Shown here piece by piece: positions 19,862 to 29,167 of a DNA stretch of 64,000 bases. Below the pieces are notes generated by a model. The model had not been told where the DNA came from. It was given only the letters and a program-made list of their open reading frames with translations, and made no database searches. The stretch's first letter is position 1; each line of letters begins with the position of its first letter. Both the position numbers and the translations under genes were made by a program. Origin of the DNA: Candidatus Hodarchaeota archaeon (lineage in GTDB: Archaea > Asgardarchaeota > Lokiarchaeia > Sigyniarchaeales > SOKP01); contig JBHLKM010000012.1 of NCBI GenBank assembly GCA_048886685.1, positions 102,702 through 166,701 of the forward strand, in the 5' to 3' direction.

Positions 19862-20644
19862 ATGATTGTGGCTGGATGTGATGTTGGTTCTTTAACTGGT
19901 AAAAGCGTTATCTTAAGTGATGGTGAAATTTTGTCTTATAGTATCGTCCCAACAACACCAAAACCGGAAAAAACTGCTTTAAATGCTATGAATGAGGCTC
20001 TTGAGAAGGGTAGTCTAACATTAGATGATATTGATTATATTGTTGGAACGGGTTATGGGAGAGTGAAAATACCTTTTGCAAATTTTGAAATATCTGAATT
20101 AACGTGCCATGGTAAAGGAGCTCATTCCTTTATTCCGTCAATTAGAACAATAATAGATGTTGGTGGACAAGATTGCAAAGTAATAAAAGTAGATCCAAAG
20201 GGAAAAATCCTTGATTTTGCAATGAATGATAAATGTGCAGCTGGAACAGGGAGATTTTTAGAAGTTATGGCTAAAACTCTTGAATTAAGCCTTGATGATT
20301 TAGGATATATATCACTAGAATCAAAAAAACAGGCTAAAATTACAGCTCAATGTAGTGTGTTTGCTGAAACAGAAGTAGTAAGTCTGATGGCAGATGGAGT
20401 AGAAGTTGCTGATATAGTGGCTGGAATACATGATGCTATCGCTTCTAGAATTATGTCTCTTGTATACAGAGTTGGTCTCGAAGAAGAGTTAACAATTACT
20501 GGAGGAGTAGCAAAAAATATTGGTGTAGTTACTTATCTTGAGAAAAGATTGGGTGTAAAAGCTAAAAAGTTGCCAGTCGATCCACAAATAATTGGAGCCT
20601 TAGGAGCTGCTCTAATAGCAAAAGAAAAACTAAAATCCCAATAA
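19862..20644 (+). CDS. ATP-dependent activator (HgdC/BadF/BcrAD ASKHA ATPase)
   Basis: GCDVGS, GTGYGR, IDVGGQD, MNDKCAAGTGRFLE, CSVFAE, GGVAKN. Confidence 0.93.
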   Translation: MIVAGCDVGSLTGKSVILSDGEILSYSIVPTTPKPEKTALNAMNEALEKGSLTLDDIDYIVGTGYGRVKIPFANFEISELTCHGKGAHSFIPSIRTIIDVGGQDCKVIKVDPKGKILDFAMNDKCAAGTGRFLEVMAKTLELSLDDLGYISLESKKQAKITAQCSVFAETEVVSLMADGVEVADIVAGIHDAIASRIMSLVYRVGLEEELTITGGVAKNIGVVTYLEKRLGVKAKKLPVDPQIIGALGAALIAKEKLKSQ

Positions 20645-20700
20645 TTCTTTTTTTTATATTTTTATTTTACTCTATAAAAAATAAAATAATAAAAAAAATT
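20645..20700. terminator. Probable bidirectional oligo-T terminator region between convergent genes
   Basis: T-runs just after the stop at 20644 and A-runs just before 20712. Confidence 0.45.
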
Positions 20701-20711
20701 GTTTAAACTTA

Positions 20712-21953
20712 TTACATAGCTTTCTTTATCAATTCTGAGAGATCAAGCGCTTGAATTTCGTTATTTTCAATATTATTTTTAAATTGATTTAGACAGAAAG
20801 GGCAACAAGAAACGATAGCTTCAGCTGTTGTTTCTTTTGCTTCCTCTATTCTTTCTTTTGCAGCAAAAGCCGATAAATCCTTAAATGATGATCTCACACC
20901 ACCACCCGAACCGCAACACCAAGCATTATGTCTATTTCGTGTCATCTCTATCAATTCAATACCAGGAATTCCTTGTAAAACGTCTCTGGGTGCTTTATAG
21001 ACCCCCATATGGCGTCCAATATGACAAGGATCATGATATGTTATTTTCATATTTATTTCTTTATTAAAATTGATTTCGCTATTTTTTAATTTGCTCCTTA
21101 TAAATTCGGGTAAATGTTTAACCTCAATTCCATGAGTCAATCTAAATTTATTTGGATAAGTATCTTTCAATGTTCGATAACAGCCTGCGCATGATGTAAT
21201 TATTTGTTCAATTCCAGCTTCTCTAAAATTAGTAATATTCTGTTCAGCTAATTCTTTAGCTTTTTCTACCTGACCTGTCATATAAACAGGAGAACCACAA
21301 CATCCTTCCTTATCTAGGATTCTAAAATCAATATTGAGAGAGTTCAATATTTCTGCAGTAGATATAGCAACATTTTGTTCTCTGTAGCTTGATGTACAAC
21401 CAACAAAATATGCTAATTTCGCATCTGATGATTGTTTAATATGTGATGGTAGCCAATTTAATCGATCTTCATGCTTTTCCATATAAGGATTTTTCTCATT
21501 CATTATATGTTCAGTATATTGAGTTTGCTCAAGCATTGGTCCATATCCCGCCTTAACAGCTTCCTCTCTCATTGCCATTAACCATTCACCGGCATAAGTG
21601 TGGATTTCAGGTATCTGACATTGTTGTACGCATGCCATACATACAGAACATTGATAAAAAATCTTGGCTAAATCTTCATTCCATTTGAGTTTATCTGTAG
21701 TTATTGCCCAAGTTAATAGATTTTTTCCACCAAGGTAATATGCCTCAAATCCTCCGAATTCTCCAGAGGGGCAAACTCGAGACCAGTAAGCGTCTTTATA
21801 AACTGTCCTACAGGTTCCACACTTACCACACTGAAAAAAAGTGTCTTTATAATGTGTTAAATCTTGATATCTTTCAAGCTTCTGATTTTCATGAGCTAAA
21901 GTTATTTTAGAAATACCCTTTCCTGGTAAATATCTTACTCTTCTCTTAGACAT
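20712..21953 (-). CDS. Fe-S oxidoreductase with two CCG domains, copy 2
   Basis: Close paralog of 12811..14067 with the same Cys motifs. Confidence 0.88.
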   Translation of the reverse strand: MSKRRVRYLPGKGISKITLAHENQKLERYQDLTHYKDTFFQCGKCGTCRTVYKDAYWSRVCPSGEFGGFEAYYLGGKNLLTWAITTDKLKWNEDLAKIFYQCSVCMACVQQCQIPEIHTYAGEWLMAMREEAVKAGYGPMLEQTQYTEHIMNEKNPYMEKHEDRLNWLPSHIKQSSDAKLAYFVGCTSSYREQNVAISTAEILNSLNIDFRILDKEGCCGSPVYMTGQVEKAKELAEQNITNFREAGIEQIITSCAGCYRTLKDTYPNKFRLTHGIEVKHLPEFIRSKLKNSEINFNKEINMKITYHDPCHIGRHMGVYKAPRDVLQGIPGIELIEMTRNRHNAWCCGSGGGVRSSFKDLSAFAAKERIEEAKETTAEAIVSCCPFCLNQFKNNIENNEIQALDLSELIKKAM

Positions 21954-21954
21954 T

Positions 21955-23388
21955 TTAATCTTCTCCTCTTCCTTGTCCTGGATTCATTATCCCATTCGGA
22001 TCAAGGAGCCGTCTAATTTTTTCAATCAATTCACTTGTTGCGGGAAAAATTTTTTCTTTATGCGTTTTATACGCCCATTTTGGTGATTTATACATTATAG
22101 CGCCATCTACTTGCTGAACTTCATCGTGAATTTCTTTTAAAAGATTTCGTGCTATCTCAATATCATTAGGGTCATTCTTATTGAAATTAATATTTGTACG
22201 TGCAACACAATAATGCCCACCAAACATTATTCTGCTATAAAATTGTGGAGGTTTATTATGTTTTAAACAGATTTCCCTTGCTAAATTATAATAATTCACA
22301 ATATCTCTTGTTGAGCAGTAAGAACCAATCCATTCACCGCCACCTCCTCTTGAAAAATTCCAACAACCCCAAACCTGAGTCGGAGGTGCATCTATAGCTT
22401 CTACACCTTGTTCTCTCGACATAAGCTGTATATTTCCTTTTTTACAAATATCTATAATCGCTTCACACTGAGCTTCATGTTGTTTAGCAGTATATGCCTG
22501 GGTTGCAATGATACATACAAAATCAGGCATACCCCCTTTTATGGCATCTTTAGGTACATTTTTCTCATTTAAATTTTGAACTGATTGGCTCCATCCAAGA
22601 TTAACTACAACTATATCAGTAATTCCAAGGCCAGCTTTCGCAAGTTTAAGCATTACAGGAATTCCAACATCCATCCTAAGAGTTGCTCCCGTAAAAACCT
22701 CATTGAACGGTAATCTTGGCCATAATTTAATAGCAGCTTTAGTTACGATCCCGGTTGTACCTTCCCAACCTATAAATAATCCTGCTAGATCTGGTAATGG
22801 TTGCCTACCATACCATTTATTAGAAATGCTACAAGAACCTATTTTCACAAGTTCTCCCGATCCTAGTACTGCTTCTAAGCCGTTTAGAAACTCAGCACCA
22901 GACCCACCAATCATACCTAAATCAAACATCCCATAACATAGGCATGATGGAACGACTCCTGTACCTGGAGGTGACCATGTAACTCCCGCTCTTAGATCAG
23001 GATGTTTTTTTTCGAGATAACCGATTAGATCTGCCCAGGTTATTCCTCCTTCAACCACTGCATACATATCATCTTCGTTTACTTCCAATACCCGGTTTAA
23101 TCTTCTTAAATCTACAACAATTCCTCCTTTTCTAGGAGTAGCAAGAGAGCCAAAATTTATACCAGAGACCCATGGCACTATAGGAATTTTATATTTATTC
23201 GCAGTTTTGACAATTTCCTGGACTTCCTCTGCAGAATTTGGCATAATTACTATGTCGCATTTTCCTTCTGGCTCAGCTGTTATAAAATCGTAATGATATA
23301 GAAATTGCATTTCAGGTTTATCCGAAACATACTTTTCCCCAACAATTCCTGCTAATTCTATAATAATTTCGTTATCTATCATTTTCAT
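21955..23388 (-). CDS. FAD-linked oxidoreductase, VAO/PCMH/GlcD family, copy 2
   Basis: Close paralog of 14051..15472. Confidence 0.88.
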   Translation of the reverse strand: MKMIDNEIIIELAGIVGEKYVSDKPEMQFLYHYDFITAEPEGKCDIVIMPNSAEEVQEIVKTANKYKIPIVPWVSGINFGSLATPRKGGIVVDLRRLNRVLEVNEDDMYAVVEGGITWADLIGYLEKKHPDLRAGVTWSPPGTGVVPSCLCYGMFDLGMIGGSGAEFLNGLEAVLGSGELVKIGSCSISNKWYGRQPLPDLAGLFIGWEGTTGIVTKAAIKLWPRLPFNEVFTGATLRMDVGIPVMLKLAKAGLGITDIVVVNLGWSQSVQNLNEKNVPKDAIKGGMPDFVCIIATQAYTAKQHEAQCEAIIDICKKGNIQLMSREQGVEAIDAPPTQVWGCWNFSRGGGGEWIGSYCSTRDIVNYYNLAREICLKHNKPPQFYSRIMFGGHYCVARTNINFNKNDPNDIEIARNLLKEIHDEVQQVDGAIMYKSPKWAYKTHKEKIFPATSELIEKIRRLLDPNGIMNPGQGRGED

Positions 23389-23423
23389 CGACCTTATAAA
23401 TTATAGTAAATCTTTAATACTAT

Positions 23424-24515
23424 TTATAGATTAATTGGAAATTTTCCAAACTTTTTACATGTATGAATAAAAGTATTGATATTTTTTTCTGGAGTACCAG
23501 GTGCGAGGTCACATGCAGGGCTAGCAATATATTTTCCATTCTCTCCTACTTCTGAAAGGCAATCTTTAGTGATTTTTTCAACTTCTTGGGGTGTTCCTCT
23601 TAATAAACTAGTAGTAGACACATTACCTGCTACAACTATGAATTTTTTTCCAATGGTCTCAAATGTTTTCTTTAGATCTACATCATCTACACTTATAATC
23701 AGAGTTTTTGGAATTTTAATCCATTGTTCTATTATCGGTTGAGTGTAACCACATATATGGATAAAAATTCCCATAGTATTTAATTTGAGGTTAATCTTCT
23801 TTAAATAAGGAACACAAAACTCTTTAAAAAATTCTGGAGAAATAACCGTTGAAGATGCCGTAGGTTCCGCGATGCCAATAGAATCCAAACCATTTTCAAT
23901 TTGGGCATTACCAAATTCAATACAAATTTCAGATACTTTTTTCAATAATTTATGTACTAGGCTAGGTGACTTTTTCATCCCTCTCATCAAATTTTCAATT
24001 CCTACTACATTCGATGCAGCTGTGAGAGGACCCTCGATAACACCACTATAAATGAAACCCTTATTACTATATTTTTTCTGATATAATTTTGCACAATCTA
24101 AAATAACGGGCATTCGACCATCTTTTTTAGGATCTGGGATTTCTAATTCATCAACAGCACTCAAGGAATTTATTGCAGGTTCGTTAGGCATAGGTAAGAC
24201 TTCCTTTTCATAATATAGCTTAGCTCCAAAAGATTCTGAAATAATATTCAAATCTACTAAACATGATAACAATTCCACCTTAAAGCGATAATGAATATCA
24301 ACTTGCGATTTAATTAAATGATTTGCATTTGACACTATTTCCTTAGCAAAAATCCCCGTTTTCTTAAAATATTCATTTACACTATATCCACCTGCTAATA
24401 ATAATATAGGAACTGTAGATCCAGGAGTTCCAATTAACCCTTTTGCGTATTCCTCTGATACCCCATACTTTTTTAACCCTTCTACAATTAAACTCATTTG
24501 ATATCCTCTTTTCAA
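23424..24515 (-). CDS. UroD-fold methylcobamide methyltransferase (MtaA/CmuA family)
   Basis: PDPKKDGRMPVI, GPLT, AEPTAS, Zn ligands HICG and PACD; adjacent to a corrinoid protein; start may be 24497. Confidence 0.85.
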   Translation of the reverse strand: MKRGYQMSLIVEGLKKYGVSEEYAKGLIGTPGSTVPILLLAGGYSVNEYFKKTGIFAKEIVSNANHLIKSQVDIHYRFKVELLSCLVDLNIISESFGAKLYYEKEVLPMPNEPAINSLSAVDELEIPDPKKDGRMPVILDCAKLYQKKYSNKGFIYSGVIEGPLTAASNVVGIENLMRGMKKSPSLVHKLLKKVSEICIEFGNAQIENGLDSIGIAEPTASSTVISPEFFKEFCVPYLKKINLKLNTMGIFIHICGYTQPIIEQWIKIPKTLIISVDDVDLKKTFETIGKKFIVVAGNVSTTSLLRGTPQEVEKITKDCLSEVGENGKYIASPACDLAPGTPEKNINTFIHTCKKFGKFPINL

Positions 24516-24520
24516 ATATT

Positions 24521-25159
24521 TTATTGTTTTGAAAAATCTTCATTTAAAGTATTAACTGCTTCAACTGCATCTTTACAATAGAAATCAGCCCCAATTTCTT
24601 CCTTGAATTCAGGGTTGGTGGTTGCGCCCCCAATCATTACCTTTACTTTATCCTTAATTCCTTTTTCTTTAAGCTTTTCTACTATTAAACGCATTTCATC
24701 TAAAGTTGGAGACATCAATGTTGATAAACATAAAATTTGTGCTTTAGACTCTTCAATCGTTTCTATAAATTTATTGGAATGGACATTTCTCCCAAGGTCA
24801 ATCACATTATATCCAGAAATAGAAAGAAATGTAGATACAATATTTTTACCAATTTCGTGAATATCACCTTTTACAACCCCAATTACGACTGTTGGTTTAA
24901 TTTTTTCTTTAGTTTCTTTTAAATGAGGAGTGAAAATTTGGAATGCTACATTAAGAGCATCAGCAGATAAGATTATTTCTGGAATGAAATATTCATGATT
25001 TTCATATAATTTTCCAACTTTTTTCATCCCACTTAAAAGAGCAGAAAAGATCGCATCTTGAATATTCAAATTCTTTTTAACAATTTCTTGAGCAATTTGC
25101 TTAGCATTTTCTTCATTTCCCTCTATAACTGAATCTTCTAATTCTTTTAATAAATCCAT
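24521..25159 (-). CDS. Corrinoid (B12-binding) protein, MtaC/MttC-like
   Basis: GDIHEIGKN (DxHxxG), STLM, MIGGA; N-terminal cap domain. Confidence 0.92.
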   Translation of the reverse strand: MDLLKELEDSVIEGNEENAKQIAQEIVKKNLNIQDAIFSALLSGMKKVGKLYENHEYFIPEIILSADALNVAFQIFTPHLKETKEKIKPTVVIGVVKGDIHEIGKNIVSTFLSISGYNVIDLGRNVHSNKFIETIEESKAQILCLSTLMSPTLDEMRLIVEKLKEKGIKDKVKVMIGGATTNPEFKEEIGADFYCKDAVEAVNTLNEDFSKQ

Positions 25160-25261
25160 TTTGCTAATGCTAAACTTCTATTATTTTTATTGACCTTATA
25201 AATTATATTACATCTTTTATATTATTTATAGACCAATTATATTTTCAAAATAATTAATAGA

Positions 25262-26371
25262 ATGCCTGAAAACTTGGTAAAACTAATAAAAGTATTTGGA
25301 GCAGCTCTAGATGCAACAGATTTCCCACTTAGTCTTCAGATTAAACAAAAATATCTAAATCAATTGGCTCAAAATCTCATAATAAATCCTAATTTTTTAG
25401 ATCCCTACGAAGGATTACTTATGTTTAGTACTGTGTTGTCAAAAGATAAATATGTTAAAATGGGAAAATTTCATATTGAATCCTGGTTGACTCCTAAACC
25501 AAATCTTGAAGATTTACCTTCAATAAATCAACTAGAATTTCAAAAATTTACCAGTAAAGGGGCTATTAGAACATATTCAGAGAAACTCGAGAATTACTTG
25601 AAAAATAATATATTACCAGATTTTCCTTTAATGATCGGAGTAGATCATTCTCTAACTGGGGGAGTCTTAAAGGCGTTATCTAACGAATTTGGACCAGAAG
25701 ATTTACTAATCCTTATTTTTGATGCCCATTTTGACGGATTACCTGCTAACATTTCATTGAACATAGCAAAATATATGAATGAACACCCTGAAGAGACAAA
25801 TCCATTGATTTCAGAACATATTAATACTGTTAATGAAAATTTAAATATTGTAGATACATATACATGTGCTTCTTTTTTATTTTATTTATTGAAAGAAAAG
25901 GTTATAATACCTGAAAACCTGATAATTTTTGGGTGTCAGGATTATCCAAACGAAAAATTTCGATCATTAGATGACCCAAGAATTATAGAATTCGTCGAAT
26001 TTTATAATGAAATGGAGCAGAACGGTGTAAAATTTATACCAGTATCTGGCACGTCAACAATGATCAGAAATTTGTCAACAATCTTAAAAGAGACTGAAAA
26101 ATCAAAATTGTATATTTCTTTTGATACAGATGTAGGTGCGTTAAGAGAAATAATTGCAACTCGGTTTAGAAATGCTATTGGAATCGATCAAATGACTATA
26201 ATAAATACAGCTAAGACTATAAAGAATTTATTAAACTCAAAAAAGATTGACTTAATAGGGTTAGATATAATGGAGATTGAAACCCATTTACTTAATCGAG
26301 TTTTTCCTAAATCAGGGAGAACAGATCAAACCATTAAGGTTATTGATAGCTTTTTAGACGTTTTTATATAA
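25262..26371 (+). CDS. Divergent arginase/ureohydrolase-family protein
   Basis: GVDHS, DAHFD, FDTDV, GLDIMEI metal motifs with atypical insertions. Confidence 0.72.
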   Translation: MPENLVKLIKVFGAALDATDFPLSLQIKQKYLNQLAQNLIINPNFLDPYEGLLMFSTVLSKDKYVKMGKFHIESWLTPKPNLEDLPSINQLEFQKFTSKGAIRTYSEKLENYLKNNILPDFPLMIGVDHSLTGGVLKALSNEFGPEDLLILIFDAHFDGLPANISLNIAKYMNEHPEETNPLISEHINTVNENLNIVDTYTCASFLFYLLKEKVIIPENLIIFGCQDYPNEKFRSLDDPRIIEFVEFYNEMEQNGVKFIPVSGTSTMIRNLSTILKETEKSKLYISFDTDVGALREIIATRFRNAIGIDQMTIINTAKTIKNLLNSKKIDLIGLDIMEIETHLLNRVFPKSGRTDQTIKVIDSFLDVFI

Positions 26372-26377
26372 ATTATT

Positions 26378-27049
26378 TTATGGCAGGATATCTCTGTTTT
26401 CCCCAATTGGGCATGATTCAATACAAATATTACACTCTACTACAGTATAATCAGAAAGATTCATTTTATGAGTTTCCAAATAAATATAGCATTTCTCCTT
26501 AATATATTTACCATTAATAAACGCATTTGCTGGACATGCTTCTATGCAGATATTGCATCCCTCACAATACTTACTTTCTCTTATGGGTTCCCCACAAATA
26601 AGTGGAGCTGTTGTAGCTAAGGCTCTTAATCTTATTTGAGAACCAAACCGATCTGTAATCAATAGGTTGTTTTTTCCAATTGGTCCTACTCCTGCTAATG
26701 CAGCTGCTTCCTTTAGAAATAAACCTGGACTATAAGGGATAACACGAGAATTAAAATTTTTCTTTAAAAGATATCTGCGAATTCGATGACAAAATTGTTC
26801 AACAACAGCGTCTGCAAATTGATAACTCCATACAGATTCTCCCTCTTTATGACTCCAGGCATCAAGTATAATATCATATAAGTGAAAACCAATAATGATT
26901 ACTGTTTTTGGGTTATCAATAAAGCTATCAGGACGATTTTTTTCTGGATAATGCTCAAATAATAGCGGATTGGCAAATCCTACAATATCCACACCTATCT
27001 TATTACAATATTCTTTAACTTCTCTGGTTAGTTGGTGATCTCTCTCCAT
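26378..27049 (-). CDS. QueG/epoxyqueuosine-reductase-like Fe-S protein
   Basis: AAALAGVGPIGKNNLLITDRFGSQIRL, CEGCNICIEACP, CNICIESCP; likely start ATG 27049. Confidence 0.78.
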   Translation of the reverse strand: MERDHQLTREVKEYCNKIGVDIVGFANPLLFEHYPEKNRPDSFIDNPKTVIIIGFHLYDIILDAWSHKEGESVWSYQFADAVVEQFCHRIRRYLLKKNFNSRVIPYSPGLFLKEAAALAGVGPIGKNNLLITDRFGSQIRLRALATTAPLICGEPIRESKYCEGCNICIEACPANAFINGKYIKEKCYIYLETHKMNLSDYTVVECNICIESCPIGENRDILP

Positions 27050-27412
27050 AGTAATAATGATTTTCTCAAATTTATTATCTGAAAACAAGAATTTATGACA
27101 AAAAAAGTCTAGTATCAGCATCTAAAGTAAATAAAATGTATTCACTTCTTTGATAATCCAATCTAAATATTAAAAAAGTGAAGAAAATGGTAAAATTAGA
27201 CAAAAACAGTTAATCCGCATTCTTTATTTGAATATCCATATATTTATTTTGGAATCCAAATTTTATAGTTTAATATTATTATAAAATATTATTAAGGTTG
27301 ATTTATACAAGATTTGTAATAGATATCAATCATCATAATAATGAAATATTAATTGTTAAAATCCAAAAATCTAGCTTTAGCTTTAAATTAGGATAATAAA
27401 AATAAAAAAAGG

Positions 27413-27961
27413 TTGAGGAGATTAAAGATTTACGATGCTACTTATAAAGTGGTTATATTCGGAGATGCTGGATGCGGTAAAACCACCTTGACTCAAAGAT
27501 TCCTTACTAATTTATTTAGATCGGATACAAAAATGACTATCGGAGTAGATTTTGAAGTAAAGAGTTTGGAAATTAACGGAAAGAAAGTAAAGCTTCAGAT
27601 TTGGGATTTTGGCGGCGAAGAACGGTTCAGGTTTCTGTTACCTACATATGTAAGAGGAGCTAATGGTGCTCTCTTTATGTATGACGTAACAAATTATTCA
27701 TCTTTAGCCCATATTGATGATTGGTTACTTGTCGTTCGAAAGGAGATTAAATCGGAACAAGACACGTTTCCAATTATAGTCGTTGGTGGTAAAGCAGATC
27801 TTTTAGATGACAGGGAAGTGACTGGTGAGGAGGGTATCAATATTGCAAAATCAAGAGGAGTAGATGGATTCATCGAATGTAGTTCAAAATCAGGTGAAAA
27901 TGTCGAAGAAACTTTCGATGCTTTGACTCGATTAATGATGCAAAGATCAAAATTGCTTTAA
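27413..27961 (+). CDS. Rab-like small GTPase with variant G3/G4 motifs
   Basis: GDAGCGKTT, TIGVDF, WDFGGE, GGKAD, SSK. Confidence 0.92.
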   Translation: MRRLKIYDATYKVVIFGDAGCGKTTLTQRFLTNLFRSDTKMTIGVDFEVKSLEINGKKVKLQIWDFGGEERFRFLLPTYVRGANGALFMYDVTNYSSLAHIDDWLLVVRKEIKSEQDTFPIIVVGGKADLLDDREVTGEEGINIAKSRGVDGFIECSSKSGENVEETFDALTRLMMQRSKLL

Positions 27962-27988
27962 GAAAAATAAATTAAAAAGTAAAAAAGT

Positions 27989-28927
27989 TTACAAATCTAG
28001 CTTTTCACTTTCTAAAGCTTCTTTTTGCTTAAGTCTTAAAGTTTTTCTTCGGTTGGATACCATTATCTGAAAATCTAAATCCTTCTTATAATCACTAGCG
28101 TATTTTAAAATATTTTCAATGGTATTTTCTTCCCTCATTTCACCCATAATGTAGATCCCATTAAACATAGGTATCTCAGAATACTTTCCCACCAATATTT
28201 CTATCATATCTTCAGGTAAAACATCAGATCTGTCTTTAATTGCTACAATCATCAATTCTTCAAGTTTACCATACATTTGTCGTTTACTAAATTGGCAAAG
28301 TACACATTTCGAGCTCCGGTTTTTGAATATATTCAAAATAATTAACCCTACTAAAAATTTGAAATTTCTTATCAGAATCTCTTTGTCGCTACTATGAAAT
28401 TTTGCGCTATATTGTTCAACAAACACTTCAGCCTTGAAATACAAATCAGCAAAGTATAATGCTCTTTCAAAATAAGCGGGAACAATACAAAATATTCTAG
28501 TGAACCAGAACGGTTTGATCCCTTTTGGGGGGTCTTCGTAGAAAATATAATAAACTATTCTACCATCTCTTTCCTTATAGAGAGTAGATTCTTTTTTTAA
28601 CATATTTAAATAGGTCGAAATGGTTGATCGAGCGATTTCTTTAAAATATTTTTTATATTCTTGTTCAACTTCTCCAGTTGTTATCTTTTTTTTCCCTTCT
28701 AAATAGAACTTTAAAATTATTCCTAAAATTCTATTTTCATGAAGCCTTCCCGTTTTAATTTGCTGTTCTTCCGATTCATCTTCCCTAATTTGATACAAAT
28801 ATGCTATTTCGGGGGCAAACTCTTGGATTACTTTATCAATTATTAAAAGCTCAGAATCCTCGATCTGAATACTTTCGAGTTTATCTATTTTAATATCAAA
28901 ATCTTCTATTTTAGAATTTTCTGACAA
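27989..28927 (-). CDS. Winged-helix domain protein
   Basis: ITTGEVEQEY...IARSTISTYLNML...ERDGRIVYY wHTH pattern; C-terminal CVLC. Confidence 0.6.
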   Translation of the reverse strand: MSENSKIEDFDIKIDKLESIQIEDSELLIIDKVIQEFAPEIAYLYQIREDESEEQQIKTGRLHENRILGIILKFYLEGKKKITTGEVEQEYKKYFKEIARSTISTYLNMLKKESTLYKERDGRIVYYIFYEDPPKGIKPFWFTRIFCIVPAYFERALYFADLYFKAEVFVEQYSAKFHSSDKEILIRNFKFLVGLIILNIFKNRSSKCVLCQFSKRQMYGKLEELMIVAIKDRSDVLPEDMIEILVGKYSEIPMFNGIYIMGEMREENTIENILKYASDYKKDLDFQIMVSNRRKTLRLKQKEALESEKLDL

Positions 28928-29167
28928 GTTGAGATTACTCTTTTTTGTTATTATATTTTTATCTATTAATCATTATTAAAAAAAATAATACTTCTTAATA
29001 ATAATTTATGTTCGTCTAAATTAGAACATCGGTTATTTATTTATATTTCGATGATAATCATCTATATTTTGATATATAATGAAAGATATATTTTATACAT
29101 CTCCTTATAACGACTTAATATTTCTCTTACATTTCAATTAATAATATATTAACCCACCAATATTTCA

